DNA of 64,000 nt from a bacterium (GTDB taxonomy: Bacteria; RBG-13-61-14; DATKZS01), in assembly GCA_963674965.2 (NCBI GenBank), contig CAXXFL010000003.1, forward strand, positions 416,001 through 480,000. The letters are read 5' to 3'. Both the position numbers and the translations under genes were made by a program. Each line of letters opens with the position of its first letter. Position 1 is the stretch's first letter. Shown here piece by piece: positions 18,012 to 26,464 of the stretch. The notes below the pieces were generated by a model. The model saw only the letters and a program-made list of their open reading frames with translations. It ran no database searches and was not told the DNA's origin.

Positions 18012-18436
18012 AGCCGCAACAGGGAGATAATTGTGGGGGTCAACCTGAAAAGGACCGAGTAGTTTCGGTGGAAGGAAAAAGATTATCTATATTTTTCCGT
18101 AATCGCATTATTACCGACCTTTTTTCAATTCATTAATATTTTTAGCTTACGGTTAAGCAGCCGCTTTTATTAGCGGCGCCGCTTGCCCTGATGGGACTTT
18201 CCCTATTCGTGGCTTGGCTGGAATTGTATCCAGCCAAGCGCTTACCCCCCTTTTGTCATTCAATATTTACCAAACAAACCGATCGATTTTTTATTGAGAG
18301 ATATTACGCGCTTTGTTCAATTCAATAAAGCGCCGTTAAGGAGGTGGCAAGCGTCAGGTATCAAGGTATCCATTAGAAAAAGGTAAAGGCGTCACGTAGT
18401 ACAACTTTCACTTATCCCGTATTAAAGGAGGAAAAA

Positions 18437-20284
18437 ATGAAAAAAGCATTCTTCATCTCTATGGCGTTTTTGTTCGTCGCGGCCGCGTTGGCTTCCTCTC
18501 CGGCCAGGGCCGATGTAAATTCCTGCGTCGGTATCGACCCCATTCCCATCCTCGAAACTCTAAGACAAGAGATAATAGACGCCCCGGTTCCCTCTTCATT
18601 GAATCCCCTGGCAAGATTTATCATGCGAATAAAAAGAAATTTTCTACTAGGCCTCGATCAGGCGGCTCAAAACGCCTTTGAAGCTGAAAATTGCGATCAG
18701 GCTTTCCAACTGGTCCAATTTATGCGCGGTCTGATCCCGATCGGACAGTGGCCCGAGCAGGCGGTCAAAGACGGGTGGATCGGATATCTTGACCTGCTTC
18801 TTGACGCTGACTGCCGAAATCTCCTGCCTCCCCTGCCAGGGTCCTTTTACCTGGGGTCCCCCACTGGAAGATACGTGCCCACGGAAACTGACCTGTACAT
18901 CGTCACCAGTTATATACTTGGCAATCCGATCGATTTCGGATGCGGCGTTGTGCCGAACGACCCTATGGTCCTCGACGTAAATGGAAACGGTATAGTCGAC
19001 CCTCCCGACCTTGCAGAAACACAGTACCTGAATCACTGCTCCATCAATCCCCACGGTTATTTCGGGAAAGTAGGGAACATCGCGCCGCTCCCCACCAATC
19101 CCGACAACGTCAACTCATCGGAGCAGGTCCCCATCGGCGTCTCGGTCGCGACCTTGGATTTCTTCGGTGATGGCGGATCGCCCAGAAGCGGCGTGGGCGT
19201 GGTATACACCATATTGGAGAGCACCCTCGCGGAAGGCTGCGTCTCGCTCTCGGGCCGTGACCCAAGCCCCGACGTGAACGGAGACGTCGTGCAGAACGTG
19301 GCCGGACTCGAGGCCATGGGAATAAGCGAGTTCGGCGTTTCCTCCGTGGACATGGACGTGGACGCCGCGTGCCTGGACGCCGGATGGGTGTTGATCAAGG
19401 CCTGCGTGGAAACGGACAATCCCATCTCGGAGTACTACAATGAGGATTACGATCAACCCGAGTACCTGGAGTCCTGTCCCCAGGCCCTCAGCAAGCAGCC
19501 TGAGGTAATCTGTACGGACATAGCGGTCAGCGTCAATGAGCCGGCCGTGGGACTGCCTCCCCCGCTTCCAGGCAACTTCTATCTCGGGAGTCCAACCGGC
19601 GGCTACACGCCAACCGCCGCGGATATAGACATAATAAGGAGCTATGTCCTGGCCACGCCCGTGCCCTTCGGCCAAGACAACCTCGTGCCCGATGACGACC
19701 CCAAGGTACTGGACGTGAACGGCAACGGTATTATCGATCCTCCCGACATAGCCTACGCTCAATATATGTCTTATTGCGCCAGCCGTCCCGTCGGCTATGA
19801 CGGGCAGGTGGGGTCCATTGACTGGCTCGCTTCCAACCCCGTCTCCCTGGCCTGGGGAGAAGTCGCGGCCATTGGCGCCGACCTCAGGTCCGACACCTAC
19901 CTGGCCAGCCCCAGGGGAGGGGCCACTCCCGTGTTCAGCATCGTAAGCGATGAGACCGGCTGCGCCCACCTGGTCGGACTCGATCCCGTCCCCGACCCGG
20001 CCGGGCCGCACGTCCAGCCGGCCGCCGGCGACAGGGTCATGGCCGTCAGTCAGTCGGATGGAATTGAGGGAGCGGCGGAGGTCACCCTGGTGATCGATCC
20101 CGCCTGCCAAAACACCGGCGACGTGGTCATAGGAGTCATGGTCCCCAACGATTACCCCGACGGGGGACACGACTGGTCGGAACTCTATAACGACGCGGTC
20201 TACCAAGATACCTGCCAAATGATCGACGGAAAGCAGGTCTTCGACGTTCCCATGATTACCCAGACAATACGCGTCACTGAATAA
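18437..20284 (+). CDS. secreted protein with two ~240-aa repeats, each with a dockerin/EF-hand-like loop
   Basis: Signal peptide ending ARA; AAGGAGG SD; repeats beginning PLPG(S/N)FYLGSPTG, each with LDVNGNGI(V/I)DPPD. Confidence 0.85.
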   Translation: MKKAFFISMAFLFVAAALASSPARADVNSCVGIDPIPILETLRQEIIDAPVPSSLNPLARFIMRIKRNFLLGLDQAAQNAFEAENCDQAFQLVQFMRGLIPIGQWPEQAVKDGWIGYLDLLLDADCRNLLPPLPGSFYLGSPTGRYVPTETDLYIVTSYILGNPIDFGCGVVPNDPMVLDVNGNGIVDPPDLAETQYLNHCSINPHGYFGKVGNIAPLPTNPDNVNSSEQVPIGVSVATLDFFGDGGSPRSGVGVVYTILESTLAEGCVSLSGRDPSPDVNGDVVQNVAGLEAMGISEFGVSSVDMDVDAACLDAGWVLIKACVETDNPISEYYNEDYDQPEYLESCPQALSKQPEVICTDIAVSVNEPAVGLPPPLPGNFYLGSPTGGYTPTAADIDIIRSYVLATPVPFGQDNLVPDDDPKVLDVNGNGIIDPPDIAYAQYMSYCASRPVGYDGQVGSIDWLASNPVSLAWGEVAAIGADLRSDTYLASPRGGATPVFSIVSDETGCAHLVGLDPVPDPAGPHVQPAAGDRVMAVSQSDGIEGAAEVTLVIDPACQNTGDVVIGVMVPNDYPDGGHDWSELYNDAVYQDTCQMIDGKQVFDVPMITQTIRVTE

Positions 20285-20315
20285 AACGCTAAAGCGTTGA
20301 ATCTTTAGCGCCGAC

Positions 20316-20359
20316 GGCGGGCCTCAAGCCATCGATATGGTGGGAGGCCCGCTTTCTTT
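20316..20359 (+). terminator. probable intrinsic terminator
   Basis: GCGGGCCTC...GAGGCCCGC stem followed by TTTCTTT, just after the stop at 20284. Confidence 0.6.
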
Positions 20360-20513
20360 ATGGCCATTATTGATTATGGGAGGACTTCATCCGTTTTATC
20401 CAGAGCTATTCTTTTTGGGGAAAGTAAGAGGCATCGGTAGGTTTTGGACTTTCCCGCGGGGGCGGGGCGTGTTAGTGTTGGAGGGACGGGCGGGTTGCCT
20501 TGTGGGGGTGTTT

Positions 20514-21461
20514 ATGAGTGAGGGTCCGATAAAGATCGCGATAGTTGGTCCGGGGGCGATGGGTTGTCTTTTCGCGTCGCTTTTGTCGGGCGATGGCCGT
20601 GAGGTCTGGATACTGGACCATCGTCCCGAGCGGGCGGCCCTTATAAACGAGCGTGGCGTCACGGTGGAGAGCGCGGGCAAGGAGAGGACCTCGAGGGTCC
20701 GGGCGTCCGGCGACGCCTCGGAGATAGGGCCGTGCCGTCTGGCGATCTTTTGCGTGAAGTCGGGCGACACGGAGTCGGCGGCGCGGTCGGCTTCGCCGCT
20801 TGTGGGTCCGGGCACGGACGCGCTGAGTCTCCAGAACGGCCTTGGCAACGTCGAGGTCCTGGAGGCGGCCTTCGGCGACGGGCGGACCCTGGGCGGAACG
20901 ACGGCGCAGGGGGCGAACCTCATCGGTCCCGGCCGGGCGCGTCACGCGGGGTTCGGCGAGACGGTGATAGGCCAGCCGGGGGGCGGCGTGGACAGGGCGG
21001 AGGCGGCGGCCCGGATTTTCCGCGAGTGCGGGATCGAGACGCGGGTGACGGACGACCTGGCGGGCCTTATCTGGAGCAAGCTAGCGATCAACGCGGCCAT
21101 CAACCCTCTTACCGCGCTTCTTAACGTGAACAACGGCTTTTTGGCCGAATGCCCCGAGACGCTCGAGCTCATGCGGCTGGCGGCGGGGGAGGTCAAGGCG
21201 GTATGCGACAAGGAGGGGATCAGGCTATTGTTCGACGACCCCTTCCAGAAGGCGGCGGCCGTGGCGCGGGCCACCTCGGCCAACGTCTCGAGCATGCTCC
21301 AGGACGTCCGGGCGGGGCGTCCCACTGAAATAGGCCGCATCAGCGGGGCGGCGGCCGAGCGGGCGAAGGCGGCTGGTCTCGATGCCCCCGTCAACCGCGC
21401 TCTATATCTTTTGGTCAAGGCGCTGGAGCGCTCGTATGGGGGCGGCGGAGGAAAACTTTAA
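20514..21461 (+). CDS. panE: 2-dehydropantoate 2-reductase
   Basis: IAIVGPGAMG, VKS, LQNGLG, WSKLAINAAINPLTA and SSMLQD..GRPTEI motifs; start moved to ATG 20514. Confidence 0.95.
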   Translation: MSEGPIKIAIVGPGAMGCLFASLLSGDGREVWILDHRPERAALINERGVTVESAGKERTSRVRASGDASEIGPCRLAIFCVKSGDTESAARSASPLVGPGTDALSLQNGLGNVEVLEAAFGDGRTLGGTTAQGANLIGPGRARHAGFGETVIGQPGGGVDRAEAAARIFRECGIETRVTDDLAGLIWSKLAINAAINPLTALLNVNNGFLAECPETLELMRLAAGEVKAVCDKEGIRLLFDDPFQKAAAVARATSANVSSMLQDVRAGRPTEIGRISGAAAERAKAAGLDAPVNRALYLLVKALERSYGGGGGKL

Positions 21462-21468
21462 ATCGCGT

Positions 21469-21497
21469 TTGTGATCTTGAGTCAATTTATCTACAAT
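21469..21497 (+). promoter_or_regulatory. putative sigma70 promoter for the NYN gene cluster
   Basis: TTGTGA, 17-nt spacer, TACAAT. Confidence 0.45.
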
Positions 21498-21598
21498 ATA
21501 GCCGACGTTATAAATAGCTTATTTAACAAGACGGAAAAAAGGACGGGGTCTCGAGGTCCCCGCCGTTTATAGCGACTAATAAATCGGGAGAGCAGGCA

Positions 21599-22165
21599 AT
21601 GTCAGCGTCATCGGGGAAGATCGTTCTCTACATTGACAACTCGAACATATTCAGGGGCTGCAAGAAATCCGGGTGGAGGCCCAGTTACAAGAAGGTAACG
21701 GATTATCTGGAGGACGCGGAGGGCCACATCTGGGACGTACATTTTTTCGCCTCCGAGCAGGACGTGCCCCGCGAGAAGCAGTCCCGTTTTTACAAGGCCC
21801 TCCAGCAGGACCTGGGTTTTCAGGTCCACACCTACAAGCTGGCCCACCGCAAGGTCATCTGTCCCAAGTGCGGGCAGGAGGAATGGGTCCCCACCGAAAA
21901 GGGCGTGGACGTGGGCCTGGTCACCCAGCTTATGAAGGACCTTAGAAACGACGCCTTCGACACGGCCCTGGTCATGAGCTCGGACCGCGACTACCTGGAC
22001 GCGGTGCTGGACGTTCGCGACGCGGGGCGGAAGGTGAAGATCATCGCCTGGCGCTGGACCCTTCCCCAGGAGGTGATCTCCCTTTGCCGGGACAGGAACG
22101 TGAATCTGATATTCCTGGAGGATTACCAGGAACAGTTCGAGAAACCCCAGGGCGACGTGCTCTAA
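21599..22165 (+). CDS. NYN domain (LabA/DUF88, PIN-like) nuclease
   Basis: YIDNSN, EKGVDV and SSDRDY acidic motifs; CPKC insert. Confidence 0.9.
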   Translation: MSASSGKIVLYIDNSNIFRGCKKSGWRPSYKKVTDYLEDAEGHIWDVHFFASEQDVPREKQSRFYKALQQDLGFQVHTYKLAHRKVICPKCGQEEWVPTEKGVDVGLVTQLMKDLRNDAFDTALVMSSDRDYLDAVLDVRDAGRKVKIIAWRWTLPQEVISLCRDRNVNLIFLEDYQEQFEKPQGDVL

Positions 22166-22226
22166 GGAAAGGCCGCCGCCGGCCGGGCGCGCCGCTCCTC
22201 CCGCCGGACGCCTCGAGAAATTCGCC

Positions 22227-24194
22227 ATGATAAAGCTTGTAGACGTTAACATCACTTATGGGGACCGCCCCGTGCTCGGCGGCGTAAGCTGGACCCTCGC
22301 TCCCACCGACCGGGTGGCCCTGGTGGGGGAGAACGGCTCGGGCAAGAGCACCCTCTTGAAAATACTGGCCGGCGTCCAGGAATACGACCGGGGCGCCCGT
22401 GAGATATCCAAGAACCTCCAGGTGGGCTACCTTCCTCAAGAGGGCGTGACCCACGCGGGCCGGACCCTCGAGAAGGAGGCCCGGCTGGCCCTCGAGCCCA
22501 TCCTTGATCTCGAGCGGGAGTCCAGGTCCATCCAGGCCAGGCTGGACGACCCTTCCCTCGGGGACGACCAAAGGCTGGACCTTATCCAGCGCATGAGCGA
22601 CCTGATGGACGAGTTCGGACTGCGCGGAGGCTACGAGGTCGACGCCGAGGTCTCGAGGGTGCTGGCGGGACTGGGCTTCGCCGAGGAGGAAAAGGACCGG
22701 CCGGTCGAGACCTTTTCCGGCGGCTGGCAGATGCGGATCGCCCTGGCCAAGATACTCCTTTCCAAGCCCGACGTGCTTTTGCTCGACGAGCCCACCAACC
22801 ACCTGGACCTCGAGGCCAGGAACTGGCTCGAGGAGTTCCTCCGCCAGCGGGACCACTCGTACCTGATCGTGTCCCACGACCGCTTCTTCATCGACCAGAC
22901 GGTGGACAAGATAGTCGAGGTGGACCAGGGACGACTGATCGATTACCGGGGCAACTACTCCCACTTCCAGGAGGAAAAGGAAAAACGTATCCAACTCGCC
23001 CAGGCCGCCTATGACAAGCAACAGCTCGAGATAAAAAGACTCAATACCTTCATCGCCAAAAACAAATGCGATAAAAAGAGAGCGGGCCAGGTGCACGCCC
23101 GCATGAAGATGCTCGAGCGGATCGATCCCCTCGATCCGCCCCGGCGAACGTCCACCGTGCGCTTTCGCTTTCCCCCCTCCCCGAGGGGGCCGGAGGAGGT
23201 CTTGAGGGCGGAGGGCCTGGCTAAGGGCTACGGCGACAAGGAGGTCCTCAAAGGGGTGGACCTCGCCCTCTTCCGCGGCGAGAAAGCGGCGGTGGTGGGC
23301 GTGAACGGGGCGGGCAAATCGACCCTGCTCGACTCGCTGGCGGGGGCCAAGAAGATCGACTCCGGCGAGATCAAGATCGGCGAGGGCGTGCAAATGGCCT
23401 ACTTCGGGCAGGGCGCGGGCGAGGACCTGCCGGGTGGGGACACGGTCCTCGAGGCCATCGAGCGGGGGGCGCCGGTGGACGTTTTTCCCCGGCTCCGTAA
23501 CCTTCTCGGCGCTTTCCTTTTCAGCGGGGAGGACGTGGACAAAAAGGTGTCCGTTTTATCGGGCGGCGAGAAGAGCCGGCTGGCCCTGGCCCGCCTGCTC
23601 TTAAAGCCGACCAATTTGATCCTGCTCGACGAGCCGACCAACCACCTTGACCTGCGGGCCAAGGAGGTCCTGATGGACGCCTTTCGGAACTACGAGGGCA
23701 CGCTCCTTTTCGTGGCTCACGACCGCTATTTCCTCGAGGACCTGCCGGACCGTATAATCGAGGTGAACGACGGCCGCCTCAGGAGTTACCCGGGCGACTA
23801 CACGGACTACCTTCTGGCCAAGGAGAGGGAGGAAGCCGCGATGATCGAGGCGCAAAAGGTCGGCAAAAAGGGCGGCAAGAAAAAGGCCGCTCCCCCCCCT
23901 CCCGCTCCCTCCCGCGAAAAAAAAGACAAGGAGACTGACAAGCGCGAGCGCATGAAAAGGCGGGATGAGGAGAAGAAGAGGCTCCGCGAGGAGCGGAAGC
24001 TGCAAAAGAGGATGGACGATCTCGAGCGCGAGATAACCGAGACGGAGACCGCCATCGAGGAGATCGAGGCGCGCATGGCCTCGCCCAAAGTGGCGAGCGA
24101 TTACGTCGAGCTTCTGGACCTGGAGAAGGAAAAGAAGCGGCTGACGAAAAAGGTCGAGACTCTTATAAAGGAATGGGAGGGACTCGGCCGATAA
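22227..24194 (+). CDS. ABC-F family ATPase
   Basis: Two ABC domains (GENGSGKST/FSGGW/LLLDEPTNHLD and GVNGAGKST/LSGGE), no TM segments, coiled-coil C-terminus. Confidence 0.95.
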   Translation: MIKLVDVNITYGDRPVLGGVSWTLAPTDRVALVGENGSGKSTLLKILAGVQEYDRGAREISKNLQVGYLPQEGVTHAGRTLEKEARLALEPILDLERESRSIQARLDDPSLGDDQRLDLIQRMSDLMDEFGLRGGYEVDAEVSRVLAGLGFAEEEKDRPVETFSGGWQMRIALAKILLSKPDVLLLDEPTNHLDLEARNWLEEFLRQRDHSYLIVSHDRFFIDQTVDKIVEVDQGRLIDYRGNYSHFQEEKEKRIQLAQAAYDKQQLEIKRLNTFIAKNKCDKKRAGQVHARMKMLERIDPLDPPRRTSTVRFRFPPSPRGPEEVLRAEGLAKGYGDKEVLKGVDLALFRGEKAAVVGVNGAGKSTLLDSLAGAKKIDSGEIKIGEGVQMAYFGQGAGEDLPGGDTVLEAIERGAPVDVFPRLRNLLGAFLFSGEDVDKKVSVLSGGEKSRLALARLLLKPTNLILLDEPTNHLDLRAKEVLMDAFRNYEGTLLFVAHDRYFLEDLPDRIIEVNDGRLRSYPGDYTDYLLAKEREEAAMIEAQKVGKKGGKKKAAPPPPAPSREKKDKETDKRERMKRRDEEKKRLREERKLQKRMDDLEREITETETAIEEIEARMASPKVASDYVELLDLEKEKKRLTKKVETLIKEWEGLGR

Positions 24195-24226
24195 ATGTTA
24201 ACGACGGCTGACAAAGGGGTGAGTAA

Positions 24227-25066
24227 ATGGGCTGGTTCGAGGGCAAGACGGCGCTGGTCACGGGGGCCGGCAAGGAAAACGGCATAGGCTTCGCCATCGC
24301 TAGGCGTCTGGCCTCGGAGGGGGCGGACGTTATCGTGACGGACCTTTGCAAGGACATGTCCCAGGAGTTTCCGGGCTATTGCCGCACGGGCACGAGCGAG
24401 GAGGTCGAGGCCATCGCCGGGAAGCTAAGGGGCCTTGGGGTCCGCGCCCTGGCCCTTCCCCTGGACGTGACCGACCCCGAGTCCGTGGCCGGTTGCGCCG
24501 GGGCGGTGGCGGAGGAGTTCGGCAAGCTGGACATTCTCTGCAACAACGCGGGCGGGTCTCCCGGGCCCAACACGGTGCAGAACGTGGAGGAAAGGGCCTG
24601 GCAAAAGACCATGGACATCAACATCACCGGCACCTTCCGGACGTGCAAGGCCATGATCCCCCTCCTTCTGAAGGGAGGCCCGGGGGGCTCGATCGTCAAT
24701 ACTTCCTCCCGGGCGGGCAAGGTACCCCAGGCCTTCATGGCCTCCTACTGCACGGCCAAGGCCGCCGTCATCATGTTCACCAAGTGCCTGGCCAAGGAGA
24801 TGGCTTCCTCTGGCGTCAGGGTCAACTGCATCTGCCCGGGCCAGATCAAGACCGACCTGGGCCAGTGGGGATGGAACCTTCGGGCCTTCGCCTACCAGCA
24901 GACGAGCGAGGAGTTCGAGAAGACCCTGCAAAAGGAGATACCCCTGGGCAGGTACGGTTACCCCGAGGACTGCGCCAACGTGGTGGCCTGGCTGTGCTCG
25001 GAGCAGGCGGGGTTCCTTACCGGGCAGGCATTAAACGTCACCGGCGGACAGTTGATGGAACTGTAA
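24227..25066 (+). CDS. SDR family oxidoreductase
   Basis: VTGAGKENGIG, NNAG, YCTAK, VNCICPG and TGQALNVTGG motifs. Confidence 0.93.
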   Translation: MGWFEGKTALVTGAGKENGIGFAIARRLASEGADVIVTDLCKDMSQEFPGYCRTGTSEEVEAIAGKLRGLGVRALALPLDVTDPESVAGCAGAVAEEFGKLDILCNNAGGSPGPNTVQNVEERAWQKTMDINITGTFRTCKAMIPLLLKGGPGGSIVNTSSRAGKVPQAFMASYCTAKAAVIMFTKCLAKEMASSGVRVNCICPGQIKTDLGQWGWNLRAFAYQQTSEEFEKTLQKEIPLGRYGYPEDCANVVAWLCSEQAGFLTGQALNVTGGQLMEL

Positions 25067-25127
25067 AGGCGTACTATCATCCATGAATGGGGCGGCGGAC
25101 CGCCATTCAAAATCAAGGAGCCTCGAA

Positions 25128-26363
25128 TTGACGGATATCTCCATGAACCCGCGACTCAGAGTCGTTCCCGTTCCCGTCGAGATGAACGGAAAAAACATGC
25201 TCTTGTTCCAGGACCCCGACCAGGTGGTCGAGGAAGCCATAGTCATGCCCATCGAGGCGGCCATGATAGTCCAATACTTCGACGGGGCCATGAGCGTCCG
25301 GGAAATCCAGGAAGACCTCATGCGCAAGTCGGGCCAGCTCATCGACTCGATGATAATCCAGGAACTGGTGGACGAGCTCGACCAGCGCCTGATGCTGGAC
25401 TCGCCCCGTTTCCAGGCCCATATGAGAAAGCTGGGCGAGGAGTGGAGGCGGGAGCCGACGCGTCCGGCGTTTCACGCGGGTTCGGGCTACCCGGACGAGG
25501 AAAGGGAGCTTATCGAGTTCCTCGAGGCCTGCTATAGCGACCCCGAGGGGCCGGGACCGCTTCCCGACGCTCCCGACTCGGACGACCTCAAGGCCATCGT
25601 GGCGCCCCACATGGACGTCCGGGCCTCGGGCGCCGTCGTCGCCCACGCCTTTCACGCCCTGGTCCGCCGCTCGGAGGCGAGCCTGTTCGTCATCCTGGGC
25701 ACGGGGCACCAGGAGCCGCAAAGGATGTTCGTGCCCACGGACAAGGACTTCGAGACGCCGCTGGGCGTGGTCAAGACCGACCGCGAGCTTCTCGATCGAG
25801 TAAGCCGGCTGCGAAGAGACCGGAACCCCATGGACGACTACCTCCACAAAAAGGAGCACTCCATCGAGTTCATGACCCTCTTCCTCCAGCACGCCCTGCG
25901 GGGAAAAAGAGAATTCAAGATACTGCCCGTCCTCGTCTCGGGCATGTCGCCGTCGGTCATCAGCCGGACCTCGCCGGCGCTGGACCCGGCCTACAAGGAC
26001 TTCGTGAACGCCCTTAAAACGGCCCTTGCCGAGCGCGGCGAGAAGACCGCCTTCATCGTGGGCGCCGACCTGGCCCACCTCGGTCCAAGATACGGGGACA
26101 AGCAAACCTACGCGCCCGTCAGGATGGCAAAGGAGGAGGAGACCGACCGGGCCATGCTCGAGCCGCTGCTCACGGGCGACAAGGAAGGGTTTTTCAATTT
26201 CGTGGCCAAGGACGCCGACGCCAGGAAGATATGCGGGCTTCCGCCCACCTACGCCATGATGGGAATGGCGGACGTGGAAAAAGGAGAAAACCTCAAGTGG
26301 TCCTATTGGCACGACGAGACCACCAACTCGGTGGTCACCTTTACGTCCATGGCCTTTTACTGA
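25128..26363 (+). CDS. AmmeMemoRadiSam system protein B (MEMO1-like) with N-terminal extension
   Basis: APH, LGTGH, FETPLG, EHSIE, ADLAHLG and ICG motifs. AAGGAG SD precedes TTG 25128; ATG 25083 is an alternative. Confidence 0.88.
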   Translation: MTDISMNPRLRVVPVPVEMNGKNMLLFQDPDQVVEEAIVMPIEAAMIVQYFDGAMSVREIQEDLMRKSGQLIDSMIIQELVDELDQRLMLDSPRFQAHMRKLGEEWRREPTRPAFHAGSGYPDEERELIEFLEACYSDPEGPGPLPDAPDSDDLKAIVAPHMDVRASGAVVAHAFHALVRRSEASLFVILGTGHQEPQRMFVPTDKDFETPLGVVKTDRELLDRVSRLRRDRNPMDDYLHKKEHSIEFMTLFLQHALRGKREFKILPVLVSGMSPSVISRTSPALDPAYKDFVNALKTALAERGEKTAFIVGADLAHLGPRYGDKQTYAPVRMAKEEETDRAMLEPLLTGDKEGFFNFVAKDADARKICGLPPTYAMMGMADVEKGENLKWSYWHDETTNSVVTFTSMAFY

Positions 26364-26464
26364 GGAATATGAGGCGAGATAAAAAGTGAAGCCGGGCCAG
26401 CGTCGTCCGGCTTCGGGCGCTTATGGGGAAACGAAAACCATCAGCGACCCATGGAGGCGGCGAA

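Noticed and set aside
18036-18070. c-di-GMP-I riboswitch, suggested by a GAAA-tetraloop hairpin
   Set aside because: It lacks the GGCAAAC and GACGCAAAGC conserved segments.
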